From the NCBI GenBank assembly GCA_049999805.1, contig JBNGIO010006303.1, positions 201,775-259,465 on the forward strand: a stretch of DNA of 57,691 nucleotides, in the 5' to 3' direction. Under the pieces are notes generated by a model. It did not search any database, had not been told where the DNA came from, and was given only the letters and a program-made list of their open reading frames with translations. The DNA is from Folioceros fuciformis (Eukaryota). The position numbers and the translations under genes are program-made. This document shows, in pieces, positions 36,254 through 49,113 of the stretch. Every line of letters starts with the position of its first letter. The stretch's first letter is position 1.

Positions 36254-36660
36254 CCTTCTCTTCCCACGTCTTCTTCAGCAAAAGCTTCGTGGTCATTCGA
36301 AATCATTCAAGTTGGAGAGACTGGGATTGATTGCCTGGAGACAACCATCCACATCGGGACGGACTCTATGATCGGAAACATTTGCTTGGTGTGAGACACA
36401 CACACGCACTCCATTCGGACAAACCGGACATGGAAACATCTAACTCGCCAAACTTCCGTAAATAGATACATTTAAGACTCGTTGCCTATAAATAAGTGAG
36501 TGATCATCGTATTCACCATTTCACTCTTTCATTCCCTTCCAACTCGATCATTAACAAAGCTTTAAACAAAAATCTATTGGTTACACCCATCTCTATCATA
36601 TTTATAATTACGATTAAAAAAATAAAATTTAATATTTTTAATATAATCTAGTCTACTAAA

Positions 36661-37293
36661 ATGAGGACTTGGTTGTACCATATTTATTCATGGTCTTTAT
36701 ATATATTTCCCTTTTTTTTTTCTTCAATAATAATATTTCTTATTAATTATATTATTGGTTCCTTCTGGAATTCACTACTGCAATTCTCAGGGATAGCAAG
36801 AGTGCATGATAGTATACTAACACACTATGCTAGTCGACAGCAAATCATACATCAACACGAGGAATTATTGTTTGGAAATAATAATTATTTGTGGATTTTT
36901 CTTTATATCGGAATAACAGTGTTATTGTGTATTAATCAGGTAGGGTTGCCTATTAGATATATAGCTGATTGCCTTTGGCACATGATAATACAAGCCCATA
37001 CAAGACCAAGAGTGAATGAGAATGTATCAATAGAAAATGCTCCACAACAACAAAACATACATCCAACGGAGGAATCGTTATCTCAAAATATCAACCTTCT
37101 TGCATCCAGAGTGATTTGCACAGATTTAGATGTGGAGAATAACTGTGCTATTTGTCTCACTCCATTTGAAGTGGGAGTAACCATATGGAAGCTTCCTACT
37201 TGTTCCCATGTTTTTCACATCCATTGCATGGATGCTTGGTGGTCTTGTGGAGGAAGAACTTGTCCTCTTTGTAGGAGACATATAAATGTATAG
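36661..37293 (+). CDS. intronless transmembrane RING-H2 E3 ligase (ATL-like)
   Basis: Two hydrophobic segments followed by CAIC...LPTCSHVFHIHCMDAW...TCPLCR (C3H2C3). TATAAATA at about 36487. Confidence 0.85.
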   Translation: MRTWLYHIYSWSLYIFPFFFSSIIIFLINYIIGSFWNSLLQFSGIARVHDSILTHYASRQQIIHQHEELLFGNNNYLWIFLYIGITVLLCINQVGLPIRYIADCLWHMIIQAHTRPRVNENVSIENAPQQQNIHPTEESLSQNINLLASRVICTDLDVENNCAICLTPFEVGVTIWKLPTCSHVFHIHCMDAWWSCGGRTCPLCRRHINV

Positions 37294-37784
37294 CATGCTG
37301 AGAGTAGCCAAGAATTATTGAATTCGACGTCTTCTGAGCATTAAACATCAATTAAACATAAACTGAAGGTCTTATATGAATTCAATACTTAATCGATCCC
37401 TAGATATTGACATGTTAAATTCGAGGTCTTGTTTAAGTTGTTGTACAAATTCAATGTCACTAGACATTGAGGTTACATTGCAACTAGCCTAGCCATAGAA
37501 GAGGTCTAAGACAATGGTAGCCTTGAAAACTATGTCAAAAGCATTCTCAATATGCACAATGAAGAGCTGCCCAACACCTTGGATACCAAAGCTATAGATT
37601 TTTACGATCGCAATTGGGATGACAATCCCAAATTGATGAGAAGAAAGATAGACAAAATTGCTCTCGAAGTTGATTCACAATACTAGGGTGAATGGAAAAC
37701 CAATAGCCCTAAAGTCAGCTTGTCCACAGCAAGTAGCTTACTAGGTAGTATCCTTGATTATGAATATTAATGTAGACCCTTGAT

Positions 37785-37835
37785 TTTAGGGCAGCTTCAG
37801 GGTTTAGAGTTTAGGGTTTAGGGTTAAACCCTAAA
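37785..37835 (+). repeat. interstitial telomere-like repeats (TTTAGGG) with an inverted junction
   Basis: TTTTAGGG...AGGGTTTAGAGTTTAGGGTTTAGGGTT followed by AAACCCTAAA. Confidence 0.75.
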
Positions 37836-39372
37836 TCCTTTGTTATTCCACATATGACATTTTGGGAGAAAAGTTATGTTGGAAGAGGCTTACACCCTTT
37901 TAGCCTTCGGCCTTATTCCTCTAATCTTTGGAATTGATGGACTTTCTATCTTTTTTTCAATAATAGAAAATAATCGATTTTAGGGGCTTCATTGACATAG
38001 CTATCCTCCTTTCCAATTAATTTGATGTGATGTTGATGTTGCAGCATGGGCTCAGGCGGCCAAGATTACACCGCAGGCTTCTTGGGTTGGTTGGGGTTGG
38101 GCTGTCAGCAGCTTGGAGGTCCCTCGCCTTCACTCGGTAACCTGGACGGCTGCCTTGTAACACACATGCTCCATTAGCAACCTGGAAGGTGCGGCCCGGT
38201 TGGTGTTTGGCGTGATCTCTTTGGAACGGAATCCCGAATGTTTGCCCTTGTGGAAGGTGAGTTGATGGGGAACCATCTGGCATCTGGATGATTCTGAACA
38301 TTGGCATTTCCTTCGAGGCTATGGCTGATGGGAATCGTGTGGCAAATGGGGAGAAGCTTTTGCATCACGGAAGCGCCGGGTAGCGTTACGCTGCAAATAT
38401 CTTCGTAATTGTTCTCTGGAAATGCCGATCCAGTCACCGCCCCATGTTCATCAGCATGGTCACGCCTGTCCTACTCAGCCAGCAACTCCAGACTCGAGAG
38501 CGGGAAGAAGACGCTGCCACAAACCTACCAACGTACTCGGGCTTCCATCTGAAATATCGCCTGTTGTCTGCCTCAATCCTGTTTTCCTTCCAGGCCTGTG
38601 GTTGAATCAGCTCAAAAGTTTCACGAACACAAAACACAAATCTGTCAACGCAGATCTCAACGTGAAGGAATGCCCATCCCACAGCACCGCCACCAGGTTG
38701 CAAATCCAACGATCCCTTAAAGTTTGTCCAGCACTGCATCGCTTTCTGTTGCTTGTGTCATTCGTGTGTCCATCTGAGCGGAACGTGAATGTCCCTGATT
38801 CCAACCGCGTCCATTCAATCTTGTCTGCTGCAAGTCCCGGTGTCGATCTTCAACCCTGTAGATCCACGAAGTCAACTTCCATCAGCTGAGCTTACATGGC
38901 CCCAGGACTCCTGGACCAGGCTTCCACTCCATACCCGGACCATGTTCTTGGCACCAACCGAACAGAACAGAATGGCTGGAGAGTGATGCCACCCGATCCT
39001 GGAATCGCGACAGGCCGAGACCTACGAACGCCGAACCACCATAGCACGTGCGGAGAGTGGAGCAGAGGGAGTACCAGCTCGTGAATTTCATTCCAAAACG
39101 ATTGCTGACGCGAGATTTTCTGAGTGGCGTGGTCGAGATAAGGCGGGTTCGCGGTGGGCAACATGGAGCAAATCCAGTGCGAGGGCAAGCGAAAGAGGAG
39201 GGTTCTGCGGTCGGTGCTGCCGGCTTATCGGCGCTCAACTTGACCATCTCGAGTACTTGGAGCCTGAATCGCACAGCACTGTGGCACGCACACAATCAAT
39301 CAAGCAAACCTTGAGAGCAAGCACACAGCTAAGCTCTTTGTCGCTCTCTTTGCAGTTTGATCAGAGGAAAAG

Positions 39373-41102
39373 ATGCATCATCATCCGGCGGCTCTAGTGC
39401 TGCTCTCGCAGGAGCAGCAGGAACATTGTCACCACAAGAACACGGCACGCGCGGCCCCGGAGATGGAGATGTGCTCGAGGCCGCAGTGCGGCTGCAGCCA
39501 CCGTTCCCCCACCGGGCTTCCTGGAGGAGTCCGCATCCCGGGCGCGCTGCGACCAGGCTACGAGCGGGTCCTGACCCGCGGGGCCTTGCAGTTCGTGGCA
39601 GACCTCAACCGCGTGTTCCGCCCGCGAGTTCGGTACGCTTTGCAGCATCGGCGGGAGCAGCAGGCCCGCTACGACGCACAGGAGCTCCCGGGATGGGATA
39701 CCGCGACGGAGGGGATACGGAAGGGGAAGTGGACGTGCGCCTCGGTCCCGCCCGCTTTGGCCGACCGGCGGGTGGAGATCACCGGGTCGGTGGAGCGGAA
39801 GATGATCATCAACGCGCTCAACTCGGGCGCCAAGGTGTTCATGGCGGACTTCGAGAACTCGCTCTGCCCGACCTGGGACAACAGCGTGCAAGGGCAGATG
39901 AATCTCCAGGACGCGGTGTCGAGCACCATCGCCTACCTCGTCCCCTAGCGCAACCGAAGCTACAGAATGAATGAGACGAGCGCGGTCCTGATGTCCACCC
40001 CAGGGGCTGGCACCTCCTGGACGCCCACTTGGAGGCGGACAGCGAGCCCGCCTTGGTCGCCCTGGTAGACTTCGGGCTCTCTACTTCTTCCACAACCACG
40101 CGGATTTCCGGCGCAAGCACGGGGGAGCGGGCCCTTCTTCTACCTCCCGAGGATGGAGCATTCCCGGGAAGCAGCCATCTAGGCCGCCGTCTTGGAGGCC
40201 GCTGAGTCCGCCGTGTGCGCTCCCCGGGGGTCCATACGAGCCACGGCGCTGATCGAGACGCTCCTGGCCGCGTTCCAGATGCACGAGATCCCGTTCGAGC
40301 TGCGGGATTACTCGGCCGGGCTCAACTGCGGGAGATGGAACTATATCTTCTCCTTCATCAAGACCTTCCGCAACGACCCCGAGCGGGCTCCTCCCGGACC
40401 GGACCCACGTCAGGATGGCGGAGCGCTTCCTCCGACGCTAGACCAATCTGCTCATCAAGACGTGCCACTCCCGGGGCGGGGCGTCCAGGCCATGGGAGGC
40501 ATGGCGGCGCACATCCCCATCAAGGACGACAACGCCGCCGTCCGGGCCGGGAACGACGGGACGTGGGCCGCGCACCCCGGTCTCGTCCCCCTGGTCCTGG
40601 ATGTGTTCCACCAGAACACGCCCGAGGAGAGGAGAACCAGCTGGGAGTGCGGCGGGACGACGTGAAAACGACCCAGGAGGACCTACTGGAGATGCCCCGG
40701 GGCAAGCACTCCAATGAAGGCCTCCGCCTCAACATCCGCGTCGGGATCCAGTACCTGGCCGCCTGGCTGGCCAGCACCGCCTCCGCCCCGCTCTATCACC
40801 TCATGGAAGACGCCGCCACTGCGGAGATCAGCCGGGCCCAGATGTGGCAGTGGATCCGCCACGGCGCCTTCCTGGACGGCGACCTCGTCCCTGCTCACGT
40901 CACCAAGCTGCTCTTTGGCCGCGTCGTGAACGAGGAGCTCGGCAGGATGAGACAGCAGGCCGGCCCCTTCCACGCCCGCCTCCACCAGGCCGCCAGACTC
41001 TTGGTCGCCCAGTGCGTCAAGGATGAGCCCGACGACTTCCTCACGCTCGACGCCTGCCGCGAGCTCCTTCGACTCATTCCCGACGCTCACTCTCGATTGT
41101 GA
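39373..41102 (+). pseudogene. MLS: intronless glyoxysomal malate synthase pseudogene
   Basis: LADRRVEITG.VERKMIINALNSGAKVFMADFE, PRGWHL, FYLPRMEH, IRATALIET, GLNCGRWNYIFS, AMGGMAAHIP, DGTWAAHPGL, LMEDAATAEISRAQMWQW, C-terminal SRL (PTS1). In-frame TAGs at 39946, 40180, 40439, several frameshifts and a deletion before VRAGNDG. Confidence 0.95.
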
Positions 41103-42516
41103 ACTTGGCCAACTTCTCCTCTCTGCAAGTACTCTACCCCAACGCCCAATTTTATTATCATTTTTTTCTTTTTTCTTTCTGTTCTGCGTCAGAGTGAATG
41201 CATGGTTTTCACGATCGCTATCATCCAAAGTGGTCGACAACGTCTCCTTCCTTGAAGAGGAATCGAGGCATCGGGCCTTGACTCGCTGCCACGTACACTT
41301 AATAGCGACATTCTCCCTTTCTTCCTTCCTTACATCACCTTCAAAGTGACGAGCGGCACAAACGTACTGGAGAAGTGAAAACAAGAGAGAGTCTCGAGAG
41401 TGAAGCAAGTGAGTCTCGGAATTTGATCCCCCAAGAGCAAGAGCTTGAACTTGAACTTGTCCTCCGGTTCTTCTGGCAAACAGCTTGGGCATCACACATG
41501 CATTGTGCCTCGTACCGGCCTGATTCGTTTCAACAGACGCCAGCCTCGGGTGGCTCGTGAGAAATGCGATGCCTGATGTGATCTGATCTGATCTGACGAA
41601 GGAGCAAGCGAATAGAGACACGCATTTCGATCATATCCCAGGACAGAATGTAGGCGGACGAGGACGACAAGAAGAGGGACAAGGAAGGGAGCCAGACGTG
41701 GGAAAATGGAAGGCGGGGTTGCCCTAACCGAGTGAAACAAGGCAAAGGCGGGGCCAATCCAAGATTACGTACCCCGTACCCTTGTCCTGGCCCTGTCCTT
41801 GGCTGCAAGAGGCAAACAGAGCTCTGGCCCGGCCTGGTGGAAAGTGCCTCGTTGCTTAGCTCTTAGCTCTCAGACCACACAAGGTGTTAAGCGAATCCGA
41901 ATACGGCTCCAGCACCTTACGTGTTGCGTGCTCACCTAACCACGAATTTTGCGTTCCAACTTTGGGACAGTCGTATCGCGAAAAGAGAGGCAGAGGCAGA
42001 TCACACAGTCAGCCGGCAACTGGAAACCGGGAACCGGGGACGGGCACCGGCTGGCTCGGCAATGCCATGGCCACGGCCACGGCCGCCTGCCTGGCCCGCC
42101 CCTGCCGTACGGGCCCGCAACTGCTCCGTACGGGGAGTCGTTTTCGTTTTTTTGGGAAAGAGCGTCCGGGTCCCGGTTAGCACAGGGCTGCGTCCCATGC
42201 CCCTCCCATTCACTGCGGCAGCGACGTGGCGTGTGTGTACGAGGAGCAGTCCTTGACTCCGTCCCTCTCCGTCGCCACCGTCGTCGCACACAAGGCCACT
42301 GGTAGAGGCCCAGGATTCTCTGCCGGCCTTCCCGCCTCGTTGTGGCTACCTAGCCAGCTTGCAAAGCCATGCGCAGGCCGTCGGGAAGTTGAACGTCCAG
42401 AGAGCGCCGCTCTCGCACGCGAGCCTGCTAGGTGTCGGAAATTCGGAAGGGACTGCGCTATAGCTGCCCATGCAGGGCAGGCTTCATCTGTGGCCGTCCC
42501 GAGCTGGAGGATACAA

Positions 42517-44533
42517 ATGTCGTCTTCCCGGGGCTCTTGGTTCGCGCCGGAGCCTAGGCTGTCGTACGATGAGCTGAAGGAGATGATGGCCCAGGCAGCG
42601 GAAGCCCTCAAGGACAGGGACGAGAGGGAGAAGGAGGTGGCTAAGGCGAAGGCCAAGGCCAAGGCAGTTCTCTACTCGACAACACCACGAGGCGAATCTG
42701 TTCTCACCGAATCCAAAGCTTTCAACATCCATGTGAGATACACTGCCGATTCTGCCAAGGTTGCCAAACATGACAGGAGATCTGTCTCTGCAAGGGAGCC
42801 TCGAGCTGCTGCCTTTGCTAGGGCAGGCTTGCCACCGAGTTCGCGCGCCGCTTTCGAGGTGACGCGATCCTCCACGCCGGAGCTCGCTGTTTCTTTTTTT
42901 TTCCGCTTTGCTTCCTCTTGTTTGCTCAATCTCTCGCAATTCCGGTCTGCAGAAGTGGAAAGGATTGCGTGCGGAAGTGACCGTTACGGGGGAGCACCAA
43001 GTTTCCGAAGAATCGTCGGAACCGAGTAAACTTGGTAAGCTTGTCAAGCCATCGGACAATGAAGTCCTCGGTGGAGGGAACGGGAGGAAAGCAGGGAATG
43101 GACACCCCGTTCTCTCCGTGAACGTGGAGGCCAACGCAGACGCTATCGATCCTTATAAAATTGGCGACAACAGCGCACCGGACAAGCTGTCCAGGACCAA
43201 GGAGTGGGTGGATGACACCCTGACATTGCAGGGCTTCGCTCCTGCTCCTGCTCCTGCGCCTGCGGTGGACAGAAACACTTCCGAGGGAGGCCGCAACACG
43301 GAATCGGAAGTTCCGGTTCCTCCTACTGCAACGGTTGACGCGAGGCGGTTGGCTGTGTCTCCAGAGATCCAAGAGGAGGAGGAGGAGGACCTATGTTTGG
43401 AGGAACTTGAGAATTCTGCTCACATTGAAGATCAGCTACCAGGCCGATTGTCGCAGTCCGTCCGATTCATCAAACCGGGGTCTCCCGCGCCGGTTTTCTT
43501 TTCTCGGGAGCAGAAGAAGAAATCGAATTTCGCGTTTCGGGCCTTCTCTGCCAAGCTTGCGTCTAAGCTTGGAAGACTTTTCTCTTCCAAGTCTGCGAAG
43601 CGCTCGCCTTCTCACATGAGTAGCGGTGGGAGCCTGGAATCACCGTCTGAGTCCTCGAGGATGAAGAGCGCGAGCTTGCACAAGAAATGGTTGCAGAAGC
43701 AGAGCCCCAAACCACCAGGGGATGAAGCAACAAGGGACAAAACAGAGACCGTACGGGCCGGCCCCAGATTGCAGCAACCAGTGGCACCCAAGTCTGGTAA
43801 AGTGGAGCCCCGACTAGTCGAGGTCAGGCGCAAAGGGAAAGAGAATATGGAGGTACGACATACGTTTACACCTCCTCTTGAAGGTGCATCTCATGCTAAC
43901 TCCATGGTTTCGAAAGCCGTTGACTCGAGTCAGCCGGCTTCTGCCACCTCGTCGTCCTCTACATGTAACACAAGCAGCTTGCCTCCGTCGGCTGGGGTGT
44001 CGTCTCCACGTGTGAGAGCTTGGGCCGGAATTTCTCGTTTGTCAGAGAAAGAGCATAGGAATCTTTGGTCTCGTCACTATGATACAGCAGTTGCCCCCAA
44101 GAAGCAGGTGACTCCCCAGGAGTTTCTAACTTCTGTTCTTGGTTGGGAGCCAAGTTTGGGAGAACTTCGCATACGCACACCCACAAAGGACTGTCCTGTG
44201 AAAAGGATCTGGCCGGAGCAAGGGAATTCCCCAACAGGCCCGGGGGATGATGTCTTGTCGAAAACTCGTCAAAGAACCGGTCAACCAGGTAGGCCTATTG
44301 ACATTGACAAAATATCAGCTGTTCCTTCTCTCCCTGTAGTGGGCAATGATCCGGTTGGTTCAGGTGCTGCTTTGGCGTTTCTTACTTCTACTGGGTCTGG
44401 TTTTGAAGCCAACTCTCCCTCTGATACTGATCCTGAGGATGATGTCAGTGATTCTGACATGGAAGACTATGCACGAATTCTGAACTTAGTGGACTACGAT
44501 GCTTTCAGCCTTCTTCCTTCAACTGATTCATAG
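42517..44533 (+). CDS. uncharacterised, largely disordered ~640-aa protein (2 exons)
   Basis: Exon 42517-42858 and exon 42953-44533 join in frame across a GT-AG intron with a pyrimidine tract; S/P/K/E-rich; no known domain recognised. Confidence 0.7.
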
Positions 44534-45455
44534 TAATGGAGCCCCTTCACCTCGTATGCCAGGGAATGCACAAGGCAACTGCTCATCAGCATTGCCTTTC
44601 CAGGTCCATCAAACTAACCCACTTACACGTGAACTAACCCACTTACACTAGAGGGGTCCTGAAGATCAAAATGGTGCAGATTTGGATGCCTCAGATCGTC
44701 TGAATATTATAGGGCTCCATGTCTCACATGGTCTGAATATTTTAGGGCTCAAATAATGAGCTGAAGGAGGAATATTATGATTGCTCCGTTCGCTTGGGAT
44801 ACCGCATAGGGATCGGTCTCAAGGAACGGCAGAGAGCATCCAAGTCACTGACAAGAACCACGCTGAGAGATCGTAGCGGCGATTTGCGAAGTAGCTTGGA
44901 GCCTTGCCTTCCACAAGGGGTTGGAAGCCCATGCGATGCCCAGCGTTCTCCTTCCATTCCTAAAAATCTAGTACTTGATATATGTTGTTCACATACAACA
45001 GGGTGTGAGAGGTCATCAACATGATACGAATACTTAACTAGCTTGATCTAGGGTTTACCGCGGAAGTTTGCAGAAATGAAAAACTGTAGTACCAGCTTTG
45101 TGAGTTACTTATGAGTTGCGCATATTCAAATGTCATCTGGTAACATGGTCCGCCTTTGGATGCATAAGAGCTGTTCGGGTGAAAATGTGCAGAGAGTGCC
45201 TGACGATCGAAGGGCTGGAGTGAGTACTTCGTGTGCAAGGTGGACGAGGGGTTGACGTCGATGCCCCATAAATCTGCAGTCTTGGATCATCATTTGGGAA
45301 TCTTTGCTGTACAAGTTGGACCTTTTGCCAAGTCTGTTCTTGGCATGTAATCTAGTCCCTGTTCTCGCACGTCAAGTCGGAAAAGATGAATTGTATAAGG
45401 AAAAATATACTTTTCATAACTCTCAATACTGCGTGAAAAACTTCACTCGTAGGCA

Positions 45456-47921
45456 TCAATCCTTCACGCGCCTGCGTGCTGGCAGCAGGCGAAGAATGGG
45501 AGACCTGTCCACCAGGAACTTCTTTCCACCGTTCGAGGGAGTTTCTAAGGCATAAACAGGGCCTATCAACAGTGAGATAGCAGCCCCACCAATCAATCCC
45601 CCAACCTGCAACCACCCACAATGTGAGAGATACCAAGGCAGAATAGAAAGAAAAAACAACGCTGAAATTTTGGGTGAAGCATTCATTACATACATGGCCC
45701 CAATTGTCGATACCATCATTCCCCAGACCGAAGGCCTGAAACATACACCACGGTAATCAGAAAATCAATGCGGGTTCTCACTCGTAACCGGCAACACCAG
45801 AGGGAGTAGCGTTGGCATTGCTGTTAGCTGACGTACATACCATATTAACAACAATGACACGAGCAACTTCCTGTAGGCTCCGCTTCCCTCCAATCAAGAT
45901 ATTCATATGCCTTGCTAAAAAAACCGCCAAAGCACCCACCTGAGATGGAAATGCAAAGATGAGACAAACCACATTACTATCCCCAGGCAATTGTATGAGT
46001 CTATCCATTGTGGGGAAGAAGAAAAGTTACGACAATGCTTACCAGTCCAAAAATCGCTCCAGATGCTCCAACAGAAGGAGTCTTACACAAAAAATAACTG
46101 CAAGTACTACCTGCCAGTCCACAAAGAAATTTATTTAGCTGTCAGGTCGTTCACACCGAACAAACAGGCAAACATGGGAAAGCTTACTTGTAATGGCAGA
46201 AGCTATGTATACAGCCGTGAATCTTTTGGGTCCGCCCAAGCTTTCCACCGCTGGGCCAACTGAATTCAGAGAGTACAAGTTCACCTGCACATCAGAGCCA
46301 CCCACTACTCATTAGGTTGCCTACATTTCACACATAAATATGCCTACACATGACGAGCAAAGAACAGACTGGTTACAACATGAGGTCGACAAGCACACTG
46401 ACCATGAGGTGCGCAACATTTGCATGAAGTACTGCTGGAGTGACAAGCCTCCAAAGTTGACCTTGATCAATCAATCCATTAACCTGTAACATGATGCACT
46501 TCAGACAACGTTGAAACTACAGAGGCAAGATTAAGAAACACGACACGATGGGGTTACTATTCCTGGAAGCTCGTGCGTTTTAATACCTTTGCTCCCCACA
46601 GTAGGAGTTCCCCAGCAGTCGCCATCTGCGCTATGTACATCCTGCAACATGCCCCACCTTCCACCTGCATGTCAGGCCAAATGACCATCTACATAGCCGT
46701 GGCATCCACTCCGAAGAAACGAGAACCACATTAGATCGCAACAGCTCTAGAAGGACCACAACTTACAGGATGTTCAACCCAAGAATGCAATTTGTCAATA
46801 CACGGCCACTAGACCGGGTCTCAGATGAATTTGGAGGAGTTGGAGAGTCGTAAGCTCCAACTGATGTACCTTCACCCATGGAGGCCATGACGGGAAATGA
46901 ATTCATCTGCTTCTTCTCCCCCATGTGAAGCAGAGAAAACCAGGGGGTGGACAACAAGGCCCAGTCCCTCGCAGTTCCAAGTCCATACTTCCAACCAAAT
47001 GAATCCAATGCATTCTTCAAATGCGGCTTAGAAGTGAGGCGACGTAGCCGGTATCTACCCTCCGAGTCCTGATGCCATGAACACCCAACTAGGTCAGGTC
47101 ACAAGAATTCCAGCAGCTGTAGGACCCGTGAAAACAGGAACCCATTCTTCAGGGTCCAAGGTGCACGAACTCAACCCACATACCGTGAATTCCCTCAGAG
47201 TGTTGCTCAAACTGTACTGCAGCTGCATGTGGGCTCCCGCAGCCCAAGCTACAAATCCGCAGCCGGGGAGCGCAATCACATTGATGGGAAAATTCGGGAA
47301 TCCAGCCCACGCATTGGAGCAATTGACGCGGCGGGCAGAAGAATTCCATGGCCTAAAACCCTTCGCCCCAGCAAAGATGGCGGACCCCCCGTTCCCTGCA
47401 TCAATTGCACCTCCTTTCTGCAGCCACCCAAAGTTCATTTCACTCTGTTCCAGAGACCGTCCACAACAGACGAGTTCGAGACCCCTGTAGATGTAACTTG
47501 CGCGATTCTCGGGCAATTCTGCATAGAGACTATCTCGCACAGAGACAATCTCGTGCAACACTGCCAATCATATACATATATGTCAGAAGCTGGAGGTGGA
47601 AGCTGCAGCGGAAGGAGGCGCGTCAGGCAGGTTATCTGAAGCGCTGCTCCGCACATACCACGTGTTGCCCGTATTCCAGCCCGCATATAAGTTACACTCG
47701 TTTATTACCCTTGCTGAGGCCATGCAGTCCGGAAGCCTCCACACTTTGGAGATGCCTGCCTGTAAGCTACAACCAGCCCAGGTCTGTTTTAGCCTGATTT
47801 CAAAGACCTAGTGTGTAATTGCGGGACCATGGCGACTCACCCTCCCTTGGAGTGCAACAGCAGACTGTACAATGGACCCCAGTCTTCTAAACAAAGTGGA
47901 ATTAAACGACCGTTTTAACAT
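45456..47921 (-). CDS. RBL10: rhomboid-like intramembrane serine protease (RBL10-like, organellar)
   Basis: Spliced exons: [67 protein letters not shown]...|[23 protein letters not shown]...|IDNWGH|VGGLIGG...RVKD*. Catalytic Ser (GASG) and His (NWGH) present. The 5' exons and start at 47921 are tentative. Confidence 0.9.
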
Positions 47922-49113
47922 CCATGGAAGTGTTCATGAGGTTTAGTTGCGCGCTACGCTTTCCATTGATTATCTGAAGGGATGATTTCGATCATTATGT
48001 ATCCAAACCTAGAAACCCTAGAGGTTAGGGTGGAAGTGAGGTACGTGGGCGGAAGGCTATCGCGTATCCGGGGAAGGTTGCTTAGAGGTCGGTGGTGTCA
48101 TCAGAGTCGTCGTCGGGGTGAAGGGCATCCACCATGATCATGGCTTTCATACAACAGGTTATAATCCAGAAGAGAACGAACAATTGTAGCAACGCAAGCA
48201 TGTGGTCATCCATCAACGTCACCTTGCAAACGTCGTGTGGCCCGCATGCCACACTGGAAGCGTCCGTTGGCAATGGCCCCAACCAACCAACGGGGATCCA
48301 CTATAGCCTTGAGCGGCAACAGGTTTTGTGGCATCGTAGTCTGCCGGATCAGCTCTTTCAGGGGACTGCTCAATGAGGTTTTTGACGCGGTGGAGTCCAC
48401 ATTTATGCATTCATGTTTTCGGAGTCCCTCCGACAGAACGCTGGGACGCTGGGATGCGGAGTGGGAAGGGGTCAACCTGTCTTGATATGGGTGGGGCCTT
48501 CTACGCGTATGGAATCTGGAAGCTGATTCGTAGGTTGATTCGTGCTTGGTCGACCAGTTTTACTTGTATGACGTTTTGATACGAGCCTTTGCTGTGGAGA
48601 TTTTTTGCGACGCTTTCCATCGCAAAATGGCCAGGTTGCCGATTCGGGGATGCTTGGAAGGGATCGAGCTTGATGAGGCGGCTCTCGTTTGGCGTCCGGT
48701 AGATGAGGGGAACGAGGATCTGAGGACGATGGTCAAGGACCATCGGGTGGTCTGTTTGTGTTCTTTGGCATCTGGATGCTTTATGGAAGCAGGGCGCCCA
48801 AGTTAGAGCCACAAAAGTTCCTTGCAAGGTTTGCCCAAGCATGTTGTGAATCGGAACCAGGTGATGCAAGGTCCTCTGTTTGTAATATCAGGCAAGGGCC
48901 TGATCATCGTCGGATACGAAGATTGAGAAAGTGAGCAAAAGCTAAGAAGAATCCGCCAGGAATGCATGACTCCGGGCGCAAAGTGGTCAGATTTCGTCCC
49001 CGCTTGTGTACATGCTTGATATGGGCTGGTTAATTACACAGCTGGGACGATGGGATCTATAAGGTACCTTGGTCACTATAGATTAGGGTCACGTTGAACC
49101 TAAGCCGAAGTTG

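Noticed and set aside
38017-39314. Possible spliced or decayed gene on the minus strand
   Set aside because: Some splice-like signals, but no frame gave a recognisable protein; needs a translated search.
39373-41102. Bacterial horizontal transfer, or RNA-editing rescue, of malate synthase
   Set aside because: The sequence is plant-type with a PTS1; frameshifts cannot be fixed by base editing, and U-to-C editing is organellar.
48082-48900. Short ORFs between the rhomboid and PRUNE-like genes, including a hydrophobic 43-aa ORF
   Set aside because: No domain or other support; treated as intergenic.
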